Of a stretch of 64,000 nt of DNA, positions 26,060 through 36,300 are shown piece after piece. The stretch covers positions 2,506 through 66,505 of the IMG/VR virus record IMGVR_UViG_3300042356_000058. One strand, 5' to 3'. Positions within the stretch are counted from its first letter, which is position 1; each line of letters begins with the position of its first letter. The notes under the pieces were generated by a model. That model did no database searches and was not told the origin of the DNA. It saw only the letters and a list, made by a program, of their open reading frames with translations. The stretch comes from a virus. The position numbers and the translations under genes are program-made.

Positions 26060-26341
26060 ATGGGAATGGTAAAAACTAAGATGATAGAAGATGCGTTAGA
26101 TGCGCTGAACAGATCTATGGCTACGTTCAACCCTAACAATCACCCTGTGTACTCAATACCTTTATCCGAACTTGTCAATCTATGGCGTGCAAAGTTTGGG
26201 GATACGTGGATAGACGTATCGGAGTTAGACGATGACTTTTGGGAAGACGCATCTGCACGCTTACATAAAAACAAATTGATGGAAGAACTTGACCATCACT
26301 CCGGTAACACGCCTTGGGCTAGGTTGAGGGAAGATGTGTAA
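26060..26341 (+). CDS. Hypothetical protein (93 aa)
   Basis: IPLSELVNLWRAKFGDTWID; AAGGAG RBS. Confidence 0.75.
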   Translation: MGMVKTKMIEDALDALNRSMATFNPNNHPVYSIPLSELVNLWRAKFGDTWIDVSELDDDFWEDASARLHKNKLMEELDHHSGNTPWARLREDV

Positions 26342-27903
26342 TGCAAATCGTCGACGACAAGGCGCTTGTACTGCGCACACGCAACCCACACAAGTACGCG
26401 ATCATTCCGAAGCACAAGATCATCTCTGAGTCAGAGGGTATCTTTGAGGTAGCTGTGTACTGGGGGCTCGATGAGTCTCGCGTGCTACGCAACCTCGGTG
26501 TGAAGGATGTGCCATCGCCTATCACTAGGCGCTATGACTGGCCGGGAAAGTTTATACCAATGGCTCACCAAATAGAGACAGCGGCTTTCCTCACACTTAA
26601 CCGCAGAGCGTTCTGCTTTAACGACCCCGGAACTGGCAAGACTTTATCTGCGCTATGGGCGGCTGACTTCTTGATGAAGCGTGGCGAAGTTCGTCGCATA
26701 CTTATTCTCTGCCCCTTGTCCATCATGCACAGCGCATGGATGGGTGACATCAACCGAAGCGTGATACACAGGAGTGCCGTTGTCGCGCACCACTCTCAAG
26801 CTAGTCGGCGCATTGAAATGATTCAGCAAGACTACGAGATTGTGATTGCCAACTATGACGGCCTGAACTTGATTGCTTCTGAGATCACCGCTGATGGTAG
26901 GTTCGACTTGGTGATTGTCGATGAAGCCAACGCATACAAGAACCCGTCTACTCGCAGATGGAAGACACTTGCGTCAATCATCAAGCCTGAGACATACCTG
27001 TGGATGATGACGGGTACGCCTGCATCGCAGTCACCAGTGGATGCGTACGGTCTTGCTAAGTTTGTTAACCCAAGCGGTGTGCCTAAGTTCCAGACATCGT
27101 GGCGCGACAAAGTGATGAACAAGATCAGCATGTTCAAGTGGGCTCCGAAGGCTAACGCCAAAGACTTAGTGTTTGCGGCGCTTCAACCTGCAATACGTTT
27201 CACCAAAGATCAATGCCTTGACTTGCCTCCTGTCATCACAGTCACACGCGAAGTGCCAATGACACCACAGCAGGCTAAGTACTACAAGCTACTCAAAGAG
27301 CAAATGCTTTTCCAAGCTGCCGGAGAAACAATCAGTGCCGTCAACGCAGGCGTTGCCGTAAACAAGTTGCTACAGATTAGTTGCGGTGCCGCGTACACAG
27401 ACGAGAAAGAAGTTGTAGAGTTCGATGCCGCGCCTCGCCTTGGTGTATTGGAGGAGGTGTTAGAAGAGACAAGCCGCAAGGTCATCATCTTCGCGCTGTT
27501 CCGCTCAAGCATTGATACCATTGTCAAGTATCTTATTAAACACGGCTACGCCGTTGACCAGATTCATGGCGACGTGTCTGCAACCAAGCGTGGTCAGATC
27601 ATCAACGACTTTCAGACCACCGACAACATCCGCGTGTTGGTGTTGCAACCACAAGCGACCGCACACGGGATTACCCTAACTGCCGCTGACACAGTTGTGT
27701 TCTTCGGCCCACTGATGTCTGTTGAGATGTATACGCAGTGCATAGCACGAGCCGACCGCAAAGGTCAAGACTCAGACAAGGTCACTGTGGTGCACATTGA
27801 ATCAAGCCCGATAGAAAAGAAATTATTCAACGCAATGAATACAAAAGTTTCCGATCACGCTTTGCTTGTCGGCATGTTCGACAGTGAAGTAAAAAATATT
27901 TAA
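26341..27903 (+). CDS. SNF2-family (SF2) helicase
   Basis: PGTGKT, IVDEA, MTGTP, HGITLT and QCIARADRKGQ motifs. Confidence 0.92.
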   Translation: MQIVDDKALVLRTRNPHKYAIIPKHKIISESEGIFEVAVYWGLDESRVLRNLGVKDVPSPITRRYDWPGKFIPMAHQIETAAFLTLNRRAFCFNDPGTGKTLSALWAADFLMKRGEVRRILILCPLSIMHSAWMGDINRSVIHRSAVVAHHSQASRRIEMIQQDYEIVIANYDGLNLIASEITADGRFDLVIVDEANAYKNPSTRRWKTLASIIKPETYLWMMTGTPASQSPVDAYGLAKFVNPSGVPKFQTSWRDKVMNKISMFKWAPKANAKDLVFAALQPAIRFTKDQCLDLPPVITVTREVPMTPQQAKYYKLLKEQMLFQAAGETISAVNAGVAVNKLLQISCGAAYTDEKEVVEFDAAPRLGVLEEVLEETSRKVIIFALFRSSIDTIVKYLIKHGYAVDQIHGDVSATKRGQIINDFQTTDNIRVLVLQPQATAHGITLTAADTVVFFGPLMSVEMYTQCIARADRKGQDSDKVTVVHIESSPIEKKLFNAMNTKVSDHALLVGMFDSEVKNI

Positions 27904-27911
27904 GAAAGGAG

Positions 27912-27954
27912 TTGCAAATCAATTTAATCGTGCTATGCTGTCAAACCATTGACA
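27912..27954 (+). promoter_or_regulatory. Promoter with downstream TGTCAA-N4-TTGACA inverted repeat
   Basis: TTGCAA...TGcTATGCT, then TGTCAA-acca-TTGACA at 27939-27954. Confidence 0.55.
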
Positions 27955-27979
27955 ATAAAATAATTTAAGGAGAAGCAAA

Positions 27980-28426
27980 ATGTTAGCTATAGATGATGAG
28001 GAGTCTGCTCCTCAGGAAGCGCCGACAGAGGTCACTGTCCCCATGGACAAGTTGGCGAAGGTGTACCGCAAGATGCAATCACGCATACAAGAGTTAACCG
28101 CTCAGTATGAGAATGAGATTGAAGACATCAAGCGTCAGCAAGAAGCGGTGAAGATCGCGCTTAAAGACCAGATGCTCAAGCTTGGTGTATCAAGTGTGCG
28201 CACAGACCAAGGTACCGTGGTGTTGTCTACCAAGACACGCTACAACACACAGGACTGGGACTCGTTCAAAGAGTTCATCAAAGAACACGATGCGTTGGAC
28301 TTGTTGGAGAAGCGTATTGCGCAGACCAACATGGCTACGTTCTTGTCTGAGAATCCCAGTCTAGTCCCCGCAGGGCTCAACTCTATGACAGAGTACGCCA
28401 TTTCAGTTCGTAAACCAACCAAGTAA
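27980..28426 (+). CDS. Coiled-coil replication-module protein (Gam/gp157-like)
   Basis: N-terminal coiled coil then SVRTDQGTV...DWDSF...LLEKRI...PAG. Confidence 0.6.
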   Translation: MLAIDDEESAPQEAPTEVTVPMDKLAKVYRKMQSRIQELTAQYENEIEDIKRQQEAVKIALKDQMLKLGVSSVRTDQGTVVLSTKTRYNTQDWDSFKEFIKEHDALDLLEKRIAQTNMATFLSENPSLVPAGLNSMTEYAISVRKPTK

Positions 28427-28439
28427 TCAGGAGAAAACT

Positions 28440-29393
28440 ATGAGCAATGTAGCTCTATTCAACCCATCCCAAGCCCCCGCGTTCGCAAAGAACCGCACCT
28501 CGTTGTCCCCCATTGCCAAAGCCCTAGCCGGTGGTGCAGTCGGTAACCGTACCAAGAGCATCTCCATCAAAGGCGGTGTGTTTCGTTTGAACGAAGGCGG
28601 CAAAGAGATCGCCGCTATCGAAGAGCGCTACCTCGATGTGGTGATTGTCAATGCCGCGCCTGATGTTTCACGCGTGTTTTATGCGAAAGCATACGATGGT
28701 GAAGTGTCTGCGCCTGACTGCTGGTCACAAGATGGCAAGACACCAAGCCCCGAAGCAAGCAACCCACAGCACAACAAATGTGATGGTTGCGAGCAGAACA
28801 TTGCAGGTTCAGGTCAAAACAACAGTCGCGCTTGCCGCTACCAACAACACATTGCTGTAGTGTTGGCCAATGATATGGAAGGTGCTGTGCTCAAGCTGAC
28901 TGTGCCTGCCAAGTCTGTGTTTGGTAAAGAAGAAGGTGACAACCGCGCTCTGCAAGCATACGCTCGTCACTTGGGTGCACAGAACATTGACCCATCTGAG
29001 GTCATCACCCGCATGAAGTTCGACACCAAGTCTGAAGCACCCAAGCTGTTCTTCAAGGCTATGCGTTGGTTGACTGACGACGAGTTCCCAACCATTCAGC
29101 AACAAGGCAAGACAGACACCGCTGTTAAGGCTGTGACAATGTCTTTCTCTAAGTCTGAGAGCGTTGCCGCCCCTGCACCTTTGAAGCTTGAAGGCAAGCG
29201 CCCTGCGCCTGTGGTTGAGGAAGAGGTGGAAGCCCCCGCACCCAAGGCTAAGACCAAAGCCAAAGCCGCCCCTCTGCCCGCAGAAGATGACGAAGAGCCC
29301 GTAGTCCGCAAGGAAGAGAAGAAGCCCAACGCCGTGCCCAAGGCCAAGGCTGACTTGTCTGCCATGGTGGACGACTGGGATGAGAACGAGTAA
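28440..29393 (+). CDS. Putative ssDNA-binding/recombination protein
   Basis: PDCWS..CDGC..C cluster, Pro/Ala/Lys linker, acidic aromatic C-terminus (DDWDENE). Confidence 0.65.
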   Translation: MSNVALFNPSQAPAFAKNRTSLSPIAKALAGGAVGNRTKSISIKGGVFRLNEGGKEIAAIEERYLDVVIVNAAPDVSRVFYAKAYDGEVSAPDCWSQDGKTPSPEASNPQHNKCDGCEQNIAGSGQNNSRACRYQQHIAVVLANDMEGAVLKLTVPAKSVFGKEEGDNRALQAYARHLGAQNIDPSEVITRMKFDTKSEAPKLFFKAMRWLTDDEFPTIQQQGKTDTAVKAVTMSFSKSESVAAPAPLKLEGKRPAPVVEEEVEAPAPKAKTKAKAAPLPAEDDEEPVVRKEEKKPNAVPKAKADLSAMVDDWDENE

Positions 29394-29401
29394 AGGAGCA
29401 G

Positions 29402-29641
29402 ATGATGAGACTTATGACGCGTGACTCTACACCAAGAGAATTTCAAAAAGTTTATCGCAAGGGTGATGTGGTTTATGTTCCACACTTTCGTAATAGCGAT
29501 ATGTTTGTAGGCCCCGGATACCCCCGTTTCACAAAACAACTCTACAACGAGTTTGAACTCGTTAGAGGAGGCGCTGTGCAAGAAAGCATGCCTTTGTGGA
29601 CAAGGGGTAAGTACGGTATCGTTGACGACGGAAACCCATAA
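29402..29641 (+). CDS. Hypothetical protein (79 aa)
   Basis: AAGGAG RBS. Confidence 0.7.
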   Translation: MMRLMTRDSTPREFQKVYRKGDVVYVPHFRNSDMFVGPGYPRFTKQLYNEFELVRGGAVQESMPLWTRGKYGIVDDGNP

Positions 29642-29646
29642 ATATC

Positions 29647-29697
29647 GGGGGGAACGTCGCGCAATTTTTAGCTTGCAGACGAGCGGCTAGTACCCCC
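29647..29697 (+). ncRNA. Candidate hairpin RNA with loop-E/sarcin-ricin-like motif
   Basis: GGGGG-GAA-C-GUCGC...GCGGC-U-AGUA-CCCCC. Confidence 0.45.
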
Positions 29698-29706
29698 ACC
29701 TACACC

Positions 29707-29985
29707 ATGCCATATTCATCACAAGTAATTAACACAGTCAAGAAAGCGCCTAAGACGTTGGGTAACCAACTCGGGCGATGGGCTGTGCATCACGACTTCT
29801 CTGCCATCAAAGTATCCAAAGCAACAGGAGCCTCTCGGCAATCTGTTTACAACTGGTTTGGTGGCGGTGAAGTCTTCGTGGCTTACCGCCCTGCGGTAGA
29901 GTCTCTTCTTAAAATTTTGCAGTCGTCCGGTAGTGGCGATGACGCTTGGAGAAAAACATGCAAAGCATTCAACCTAACAACTTAA
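29707..29985 (+). CDS. HTH (Cro/XRE-like) DNA-binding protein
   Basis: SAIKVSKATGASRQSVYNWFGG. Confidence 0.75.
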   Translation: MPYSSQVINTVKKAPKTLGNQLGRWAVHHDFSAIKVSKATGASRQSVYNWFGGGEVFVAYRPAVESLLKILQSSGSGDDAWRKTCKAFNLTT

Positions 29986-30218
29986 GCGATGAAGAAATAC
30001 TGCGTCAGGTATACCTGATGGGTAATGAGATGCTCCCAAAAGAATGGGTAGAAGTTCTGTGTGAGCGTTTTGCCAAAGCGCTTGACTACTATCAAGACAG
30101 ATACGATGAAGGCTTTGCTGACGGCTCTGCCAACGGCTTAGACCACGGAACCAAGCGAGGATTTGAAGAAGGTTTTGCCGCAGGCGTAGCACACGCAAAC
30201 GACCCCGAACTAAAATAA
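29958..30218 (+). CDS. Hypothetical protein (86 aa)
   Basis: GGAG RBS; GxxxG repeats (YDEGFADG..GFEEGFAAG). Confidence 0.7.
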   Translation: MQSIQPNNLSDEEILRQVYLMGNEMLPKEWVEVLCERFAKALDYYQDRYDEGFADGSANGLDHGTKRGFEEGFAAGVAHANDPELK

Positions 30219-30231
30219 CCAAAGGATACAC

Positions 30232-33162
30232 ATGACATCCGCTGAGTTTTTAGCGGTGGTTTTGCCGTCCGAAGGTTTTGGCCTGTATTGCGCGGTAGAA
30301 CTCACAAAGAAGAAAGAGCATGTATATGCGGCAAAGATTGAGGAACTCATCCCGACGATTGAGGAGTGGCACGCCAACAACTACGACGTCTTCTATGCCT
30401 TAGCTACCTTTGACAAGAAGCGCGGCGCTGAAGATGCGCAGTACCTCAAGTCGTTTTTCGTTGACTTGGATGGCTACGCTACCAAGAAAGCGGCGGCTGA
30501 TGCGCTGATTGAGTTTCTCCAGAAGTCTGGGCTTGATTCGCTAGGTACGCCATGGGTGGTTGACTCAGGTGGGGGCTTGCATTGCTACTGGCCATTGAAG
30601 GACGAGATTCCTGCGACTATATGGAAACCCGTTGCCGAGAACTTGAAGCGTCTGTGCAAACAGGAAGGCTTCAACATCGACATGACGGTGACTGCGGACA
30701 CTGCGCGCATCTTACGTGTGCCCGGAACTGCCAACAACAAGAAGAAGTATGCAACGCCGCGCCCTGTCCGAATAGTCCAAGAGGGTGACATTTTTGACTT
30801 CTCGACTTTTTCACCACTTGTTTATGAGAAGTTGGAAGAGGTGCCAGTTGTTCATGCTCCTGCACCCAAGCTAGACCTCCCCGGCCAACGCCCACAAAGC
30901 GCTCAGACTCGCGGTCAGGTCAAGCTGATACAAGATAGCTTCACGCTGTTTGGGAACTTCGAGAACCAGTGTGGTCAGATTCAAGACTACATTGCAACGG
31001 CTACCGAGGACGGCAAGGAACCCATCTGGCGTGGACTACTGTCTTGGGCGAAGGTCTGTGAGGATGGCTCAGAGAAGGCGATCTGGTTGTCGGACATGCA
31101 CCCGTACCCACACGAGCGGATGCACCAGAAGATTGCTGAGATTAAAGGGCCATACGCCTGCATGAAGATGGACAGCGAGAATCCCGGAATTTGTACTAAG
31201 TGCAAGCACTGGGGCAAGATCACCAACCCCCTGATACTGGGGCGCGAGATCAAGGTGGACAACACCGCCAAAGAAATCATGCTGTCTGCGCCTGCTGAAG
31301 AAGACTTCGACGAGAGCGAGCTTGACTCTGAGGAAGCCTACGAGCCAGAAGATACGGGTTTACCCCTAGCACCCAGCGTGGTACGTCCTGTGCCCCCTCG
31401 TGGCTACAGCTATGGCGAGCATGGTGGTGTGTACTGCACACGTACCGAAGAGGACGAAGAAGGCAAGAAGTCCAAGAAGAATATTCAACTGGTTCCCTAC
31501 GACTTGTTTGTGGTTGATCTGTTGAAGATGGAGAACGACCACCTGATTCACATGGCCGCTGTGCGACCCGAAGGCGTGCAGACGCTTAACTTTCCACAGA
31601 AATCTATTGTCAGCAAGGACGAGACGCTCAAGTGGTTGGCTAGTCAGAACATTGTGTCAACCTTTGCGGGTCACGACAAGACGCTGTTTGAGTATGTACG
31701 CTCATGCGTGGGTGAAGCTTCTCAGAACCGCAAACCAGTCGAGGTGCCGTTCCAATGTGGATGGCAGGCAGATCAGTCGTTTGTTTACAACAACCGCGTG
31801 TTCAGCAAAGATGGGCGCGAGACTCGAATACCTATGCCCGGGCTTGAGAACATCAACCGCAACACCAACGGCAAAGGCGACTTGGCTACGTGGCGTCACT
31901 TGTGGAAGACAATCTTTGTGGAGAAAGAGGGCATGGAGACAGCCTTGGCTGTGGCTCTGGATTCCTTTGGATCACCGCTTATGCGCTTTACTGAGTACGA
32001 AGGCTTCGTCTGGCACATCGGTTCACAGTGGTCAGGTACGGGTAAATCCCTAGTACTTAGCGCCAAGGCAGGCATCTGGGGTCACCCCCTGCGCTACCGC
32101 ACAGGTAAGAGTACTTCTCCTGTTGCAATGCAACAAAGGGCGGGGTTGCTTAACAGCATGCCGCTTCTGATCGACGAGATCACCAACACTCAGCGCAAAG
32201 ACATGGAGTGGGCACCTGCCTTTATCTTCGACTACGCAGAGGGTCAGGGCAAAGAACGTATGGAGTCTGGCTCCAACAAGGAACGTATCAACAACAGTAC
32301 GTGGACGGCTACCTGTACGATGACGTCCAACACGAAGCTGACCGACTACATGGCGGGGGCGCGAGCCCACAGCTCCAACGGCGAGCTACTGCGTATGCTT
32401 GAGTGGACGCCTCACATCAAGCTGAAGTTTACAGCGGAAGAGCGCAAGGTATTGCTTGAGATCAAGCGCAACTACGGCGTGGCAGGAGAAGCTTGGGTGC
32501 GTTGGCTAGCGGTTAATCAGAAGACTGCCGAGGAGATTGTGCGCAAGGTTCACATCCACTTGAAGAAGGTCTTTAACTTCAACGACGATGAGCGCTACTG
32601 GCATGCGGGTTGTACTACAACTGTAGCGGCGGCTATTCTTTTGCGTAAAGAGTACTCTGGCATCCTAGACGTTGAGATCAACAAGGTCATCAACGCTCTC
32701 AAAGGACTTGTGGAGAAAGCTCGCGGCATCATGAAGAACAGCGTGCGCTCTGCTGAAGACGTGCTCAACGCCTACATCGGTGACAACTACGGAAGCTTTA
32801 TTGTTCTGAAGAAAGTCGAGGGCAGAATCCTAGCAGCGTGGGGCGATAACGGCGACATCGTTGACCGCTCGACCACCAAGAGCAAGGTGCTCGGCAGAGT
32901 TGAGCATGGGCTTATGGCACCGGGTTACAGAGAGTTCTACATTGAGGAGCAGTTACTTAAGAAGCATTGCGTGAGCATGAGCTTTGGCTACGACGAGTTT
33001 AAGGCGCAGATGGAGGAGTTGTTTACTTGCAAGTACGTCAAGAAAGATATGCTGTCCCGTACCAACGGCCCTGCCATGCGTGTGAACACCATGCACATAA
33101 CTTTTAGGGACGAAGTCTTTGATGGAAATAATATATCCGTGGGCGAAGCTAAAGCCGGGTGA
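30232..33162 (+). CDS. Primase-helicase (RepB/AEP-like primase plus DUF927-type P-loop domain)
   Basis: VDLD, SGGGLHCYW, LRVPGT; Cys cluster C..CTKC; Walker A SGTGKS and Walker B LLIDE. Confidence 0.88.
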   Translation: MTSAEFLAVVLPSEGFGLYCAVELTKKKEHVYAAKIEELIPTIEEWHANNYDVFYALATFDKKRGAEDAQYLKSFFVDLDGYATKKAAADALIEFLQKSGLDSLGTPWVVDSGGGLHCYWPLKDEIPATIWKPVAENLKRLCKQEGFNIDMTVTADTARILRVPGTANNKKKYATPRPVRIVQEGDIFDFSTFSPLVYEKLEEVPVVHAPAPKLDLPGQRPQSAQTRGQVKLIQDSFTLFGNFENQCGQIQDYIATATEDGKEPIWRGLLSWAKVCEDGSEKAIWLSDMHPYPHERMHQKIAEIKGPYACMKMDSENPGICTKCKHWGKITNPLILGREIKVDNTAKEIMLSAPAEEDFDESELDSEEAYEPEDTGLPLAPSVVRPVPPRGYSYGEHGGVYCTRTEEDEEGKKSKKNIQLVPYDLFVVDLLKMENDHLIHMAAVRPEGVQTLNFPQKSIVSKDETLKWLASQNIVSTFAGHDKTLFEYVRSCVGEASQNRKPVEVPFQCGWQADQSFVYNNRVFSKDGRETRIPMPGLENINRNTNGKGDLATWRHLWKTIFVEKEGMETALAVALDSFGSPLMRFTEYEGFVWHIGSQWSGTGKSLVLSAKAGIWGHPLRYRTGKSTSPVAMQQRAGLLNSMPLLIDEITNTQRKDMEWAPAFIFDYAEGQGKERMESGSNKERINNSTWTATCTMTSNTKLTDYMAGARAHSSNGELLRMLEWTPHIKLKFTAEERKVLLEIKRNYGVAGEAWVRWLAVNQKTAEEIVRKVHIHLKKVFNFNDDERYWHAGCTTTVAAAILLRKEYSGILDVEINKVINALKGLVEKARGIMKNSVRSAEDVLNAYIGDNYGSFIVLKKVEGRILAAWGDNGDIVDRSTTKSKVLGRVEHGLMAPGYREFYIEEQLLKKHCVSMSFGYDEFKAQMEELFTCKYVKKDMLSRTNGPAMRVNTMHITFRDEVFDGNNISVGEAKAG

Positions 33163-33340
33163 GGGCTTCTTCGTACCGGGGCTAGATGTGGAAAAGGTGA
33201 GGGAGTTAGGCTTACGTGCCGCTCTCCCTCACCGCATCCAAGCGCGTGCTGTCGTGGGTATTAAGAACCACCAACTAGGCGTATGGTTTTATCGGAAATT
33301 TCCCGCGTCGTATTTGCAAGCCCAATCTTCATCTTCCTGA
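33122..33340 (+). CDS. Small hypothetical protein (72 aa)
   Basis: YPWAKLKPGEGFFVP; last plus-strand gene. Confidence 0.65.
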   Translation: MEIIYPWAKLKPGEGFFVPGLDVEKVRELGLRAALPHRIQARAVVGIKNHQLGVWFYRKFPASYLQAQSSSS

Positions 33341-36300
33341 TCTCGTCAAGCTGTTTACGCTTTTCTGCAGGCGTCATAGTAGAGGAAGCAACCGCACGCT
33401 CTGCTTGAGTCAACATATTCATGTTTGCTTTGAACGTGTTGGCAAGCTCTGCCTGCATGTAGTCCGTGCCGCGCTTGGTCATCAAGGCTTGGGCTTCTTG
33501 CACTTTGCCGTCTTTCAACAAGCTGTCGACAGTAGACTTGACTTGAACATACTCGTTCATGCGTTCGTACACAGAGTTGATGATGCCGCCTGCGTCATTG
33601 GGCTGGAACGCACCGCCTAAGATTGGGTACTCAGACAGGCGTCTGACCGCACGCTCTGGGGTTTCTTTAGCCGGTACGCCAAGGCTGATAGCCTGCAAGA
33701 AAGCCAGACCCATCGTTCCTGTATAGCCACTGACAAGCGCCTCAATCTTAATTGGAGATATACCCAAGGTACTACCAACCAGCTTGGCGGCGTCGGTTGT
33801 GTTGACGCGGTACTGTTCTTCAGGCAACAACTGTTTCTCGCGTGCTGACAGAATGTCGCGGCCTGTGTAGAACGACTTGCCAAGACCTACCTCGATCAAA
33901 GGCTTGGCCGCTTGCGGTATACCATACGACGAACCGCCGGGGACTGTCTGCAACAAGATCTGCTTGAACGCCTTGATTGCTTCTTCCCCGCCATGCTCAG
34001 TGGTCATGGTGTTGTACAGCGCCTCAGGGATAGCTTTGAAGATGTAGCCAATCTCAAACGGCACAGGGACTTTGATGGGCTCGTCCAATCCGGGCAGACG
34101 TATAAACCAGTTGCCATACTTCTGGTCTGGTGTAGCGTTCTTGTAGGCTTCGTCGTCCTCCATCATCACGGCGTAGGCAAACGTAGCCGCCGCCATCATG
34201 CCGCCTCGCTGCAACATCTTTTCACGGATGCGCAGTTGATCGTTGAAAGGCATCTTGCCAGACATCGCCTTGTACATCACGTTCAGACCTTGAATCTGTG
34301 CGTTGAAGAAAGGAATCAACGAGTTGAGTACATGCACGCTTGGAGAAGCTCCGCGCTTGTTAAAGTTCATGGACTCAAGAGCCATGAGTGTTGCTTCCAT
34401 TTCAGACAAGCCTTGCTCAATGTAGCTGTTGTACTGGGCACGACGCGTAAGCGCGTCAGCCTCCATACCCATTGCTTCAAACCTTCCCAAAGCTTTCATC
34501 CAACCGGGCTGACCGTCCGAAATCTCGCGCAAGATCATGGACAAGTCTTCGCTTGTGCCACGGAAGTACTGCCCGCCCACAATACCGCGCTTCTCTAGCT
34601 TCTCTTTAGCCGTGCCGTTGAGCTCGCGCAGTGCGCCAACAATAGGGGTGAAGTCAGCGCCAGACAGGATAGGAGCCGCTAATGAGTCACGGAACAACTG
34701 CTTGGCCATGTACAAGGGGCTCAGCGTAATAGCTTTACGTAAGACTTGCGCAGGCATAGCCATGACACGGAACAGGAACGGCATCTGCGTGGGGATACCC
34801 TCCATGCCCTTAACCAGCAAGTCGGCAGGCACGCCCGTCTCAAACTCCTTGTTGCCGATCATCACCTTCTCAGTAGCAACGATTGCGTAACGGTCATCTC
34901 CGTCTACTTTAAACTTAACAACGTCTGAGCCGTCAGCTTTCTTTACAAGCGTAGCGGCCTTCAGGTCGACCAGTTCCATGACTGCGTTCTTGGTTGCAAG
35001 GTTACGCATGCCCATGTCTACCAACATGTTGGTGTTCTGCACTGAGCTGGTCATGAAGTCGATGATGGCTGTGTCGCCTCCCACTAACTTGTCTAGGTAA
35101 GGTTGCTCCGCAATACTTCCAATGCGGATTGGGTTCTCGTTGCCGATCACCAACTCGACGACACCTTTGCGCTCACGATAGAACGGGATGTAGTCGTCCT
35201 CTGCCACAAGCTTCTTGACAAGCGCTTTAGACAAAGCGCCAGTGCTGGCTACAAAGTCCAAAAGGTCGCGATTGTACTTGTTGTACTCTGTGCGGGCTTC
35301 CTCAAACACCTTCTTCAGCGGTGCGTTCTTGTTAACCAAAGCAGTAACTTCATCAAGCATAGCTTCTGTCAACACAGGTTTGCCGTCCTTGTCGGTGCCA
35401 AAGTTGAGCGTATCAATACCTTTGTTCTTGGCACGAATAGCCGCCATGTATGTTGTAAACACTTGGTTGACAGCCTCGCCGTTACCAATGTACTGATTAG
35501 CCTCTTTCAACTTGTTCACAACACCAGCAATACTGGCACCGCCTGTTGTCTCAACAAGTCGCTCAACACGGCCATCATCACGCTTTATCTCGCGAATTGA
35601 GGGCGCTCCATCAGACACAGCCTTAGACACAATGTTCATGCGTTGGTCGTACGAACGGAGGTAGTACAACATCTGGGTGCCCTTGAGCGGCTCCATGTAC
35701 TTAGCCAAACGCTCAAAGCCTGCAAAGCGGTCAACAAGCTGTGTCTCAAACGCAAGGCCGGACGTGTTGGCTTTGATGCTATCCCACCAAGTCTTGTCCT
35801 GCGCCACAACTTTTTTCATGGTTGCGCGTACGTTATTGAACTCAGGATTGTCGTATGCAATCAAAGGCGCTGGAAGAGAGTCTGAACGTGGGTCAACACC
35901 CGCTTCGTAGATTTCTGTCTTTGTGCGCTGCATGATTTCTTCTGTCAGCACCATGCTCTCGGCAAACAAAGACTGCATTGCCTTAGCAGGCATGCTAAAT
36001 GAGCGGCTCAAGAACTCTACCAAACGTGTCAGCAAACTCTTGCGCGGCATGTCCGACGGAATCTCAGCCAGCATCTTTTGGAACTCAGGGTTTGCAAAAG
36101 TCTCTGCAAGGAACTCTTTGTTGTTTGTCAGGCCGTACAAGTCTGGGAAGTAGGGCATACCGTCAAAGGTTTTCTGACGAAAATTCTTTTCTAACCAAGC
36201 TTCGCCTTCTGGCGTAAAAGACCACTGCTCAACACGCTCGCGTAGCACAGTAACGCGATTGTCTAATGCCTTGTCTTGGGTCAACATCTTTACAGATGCG

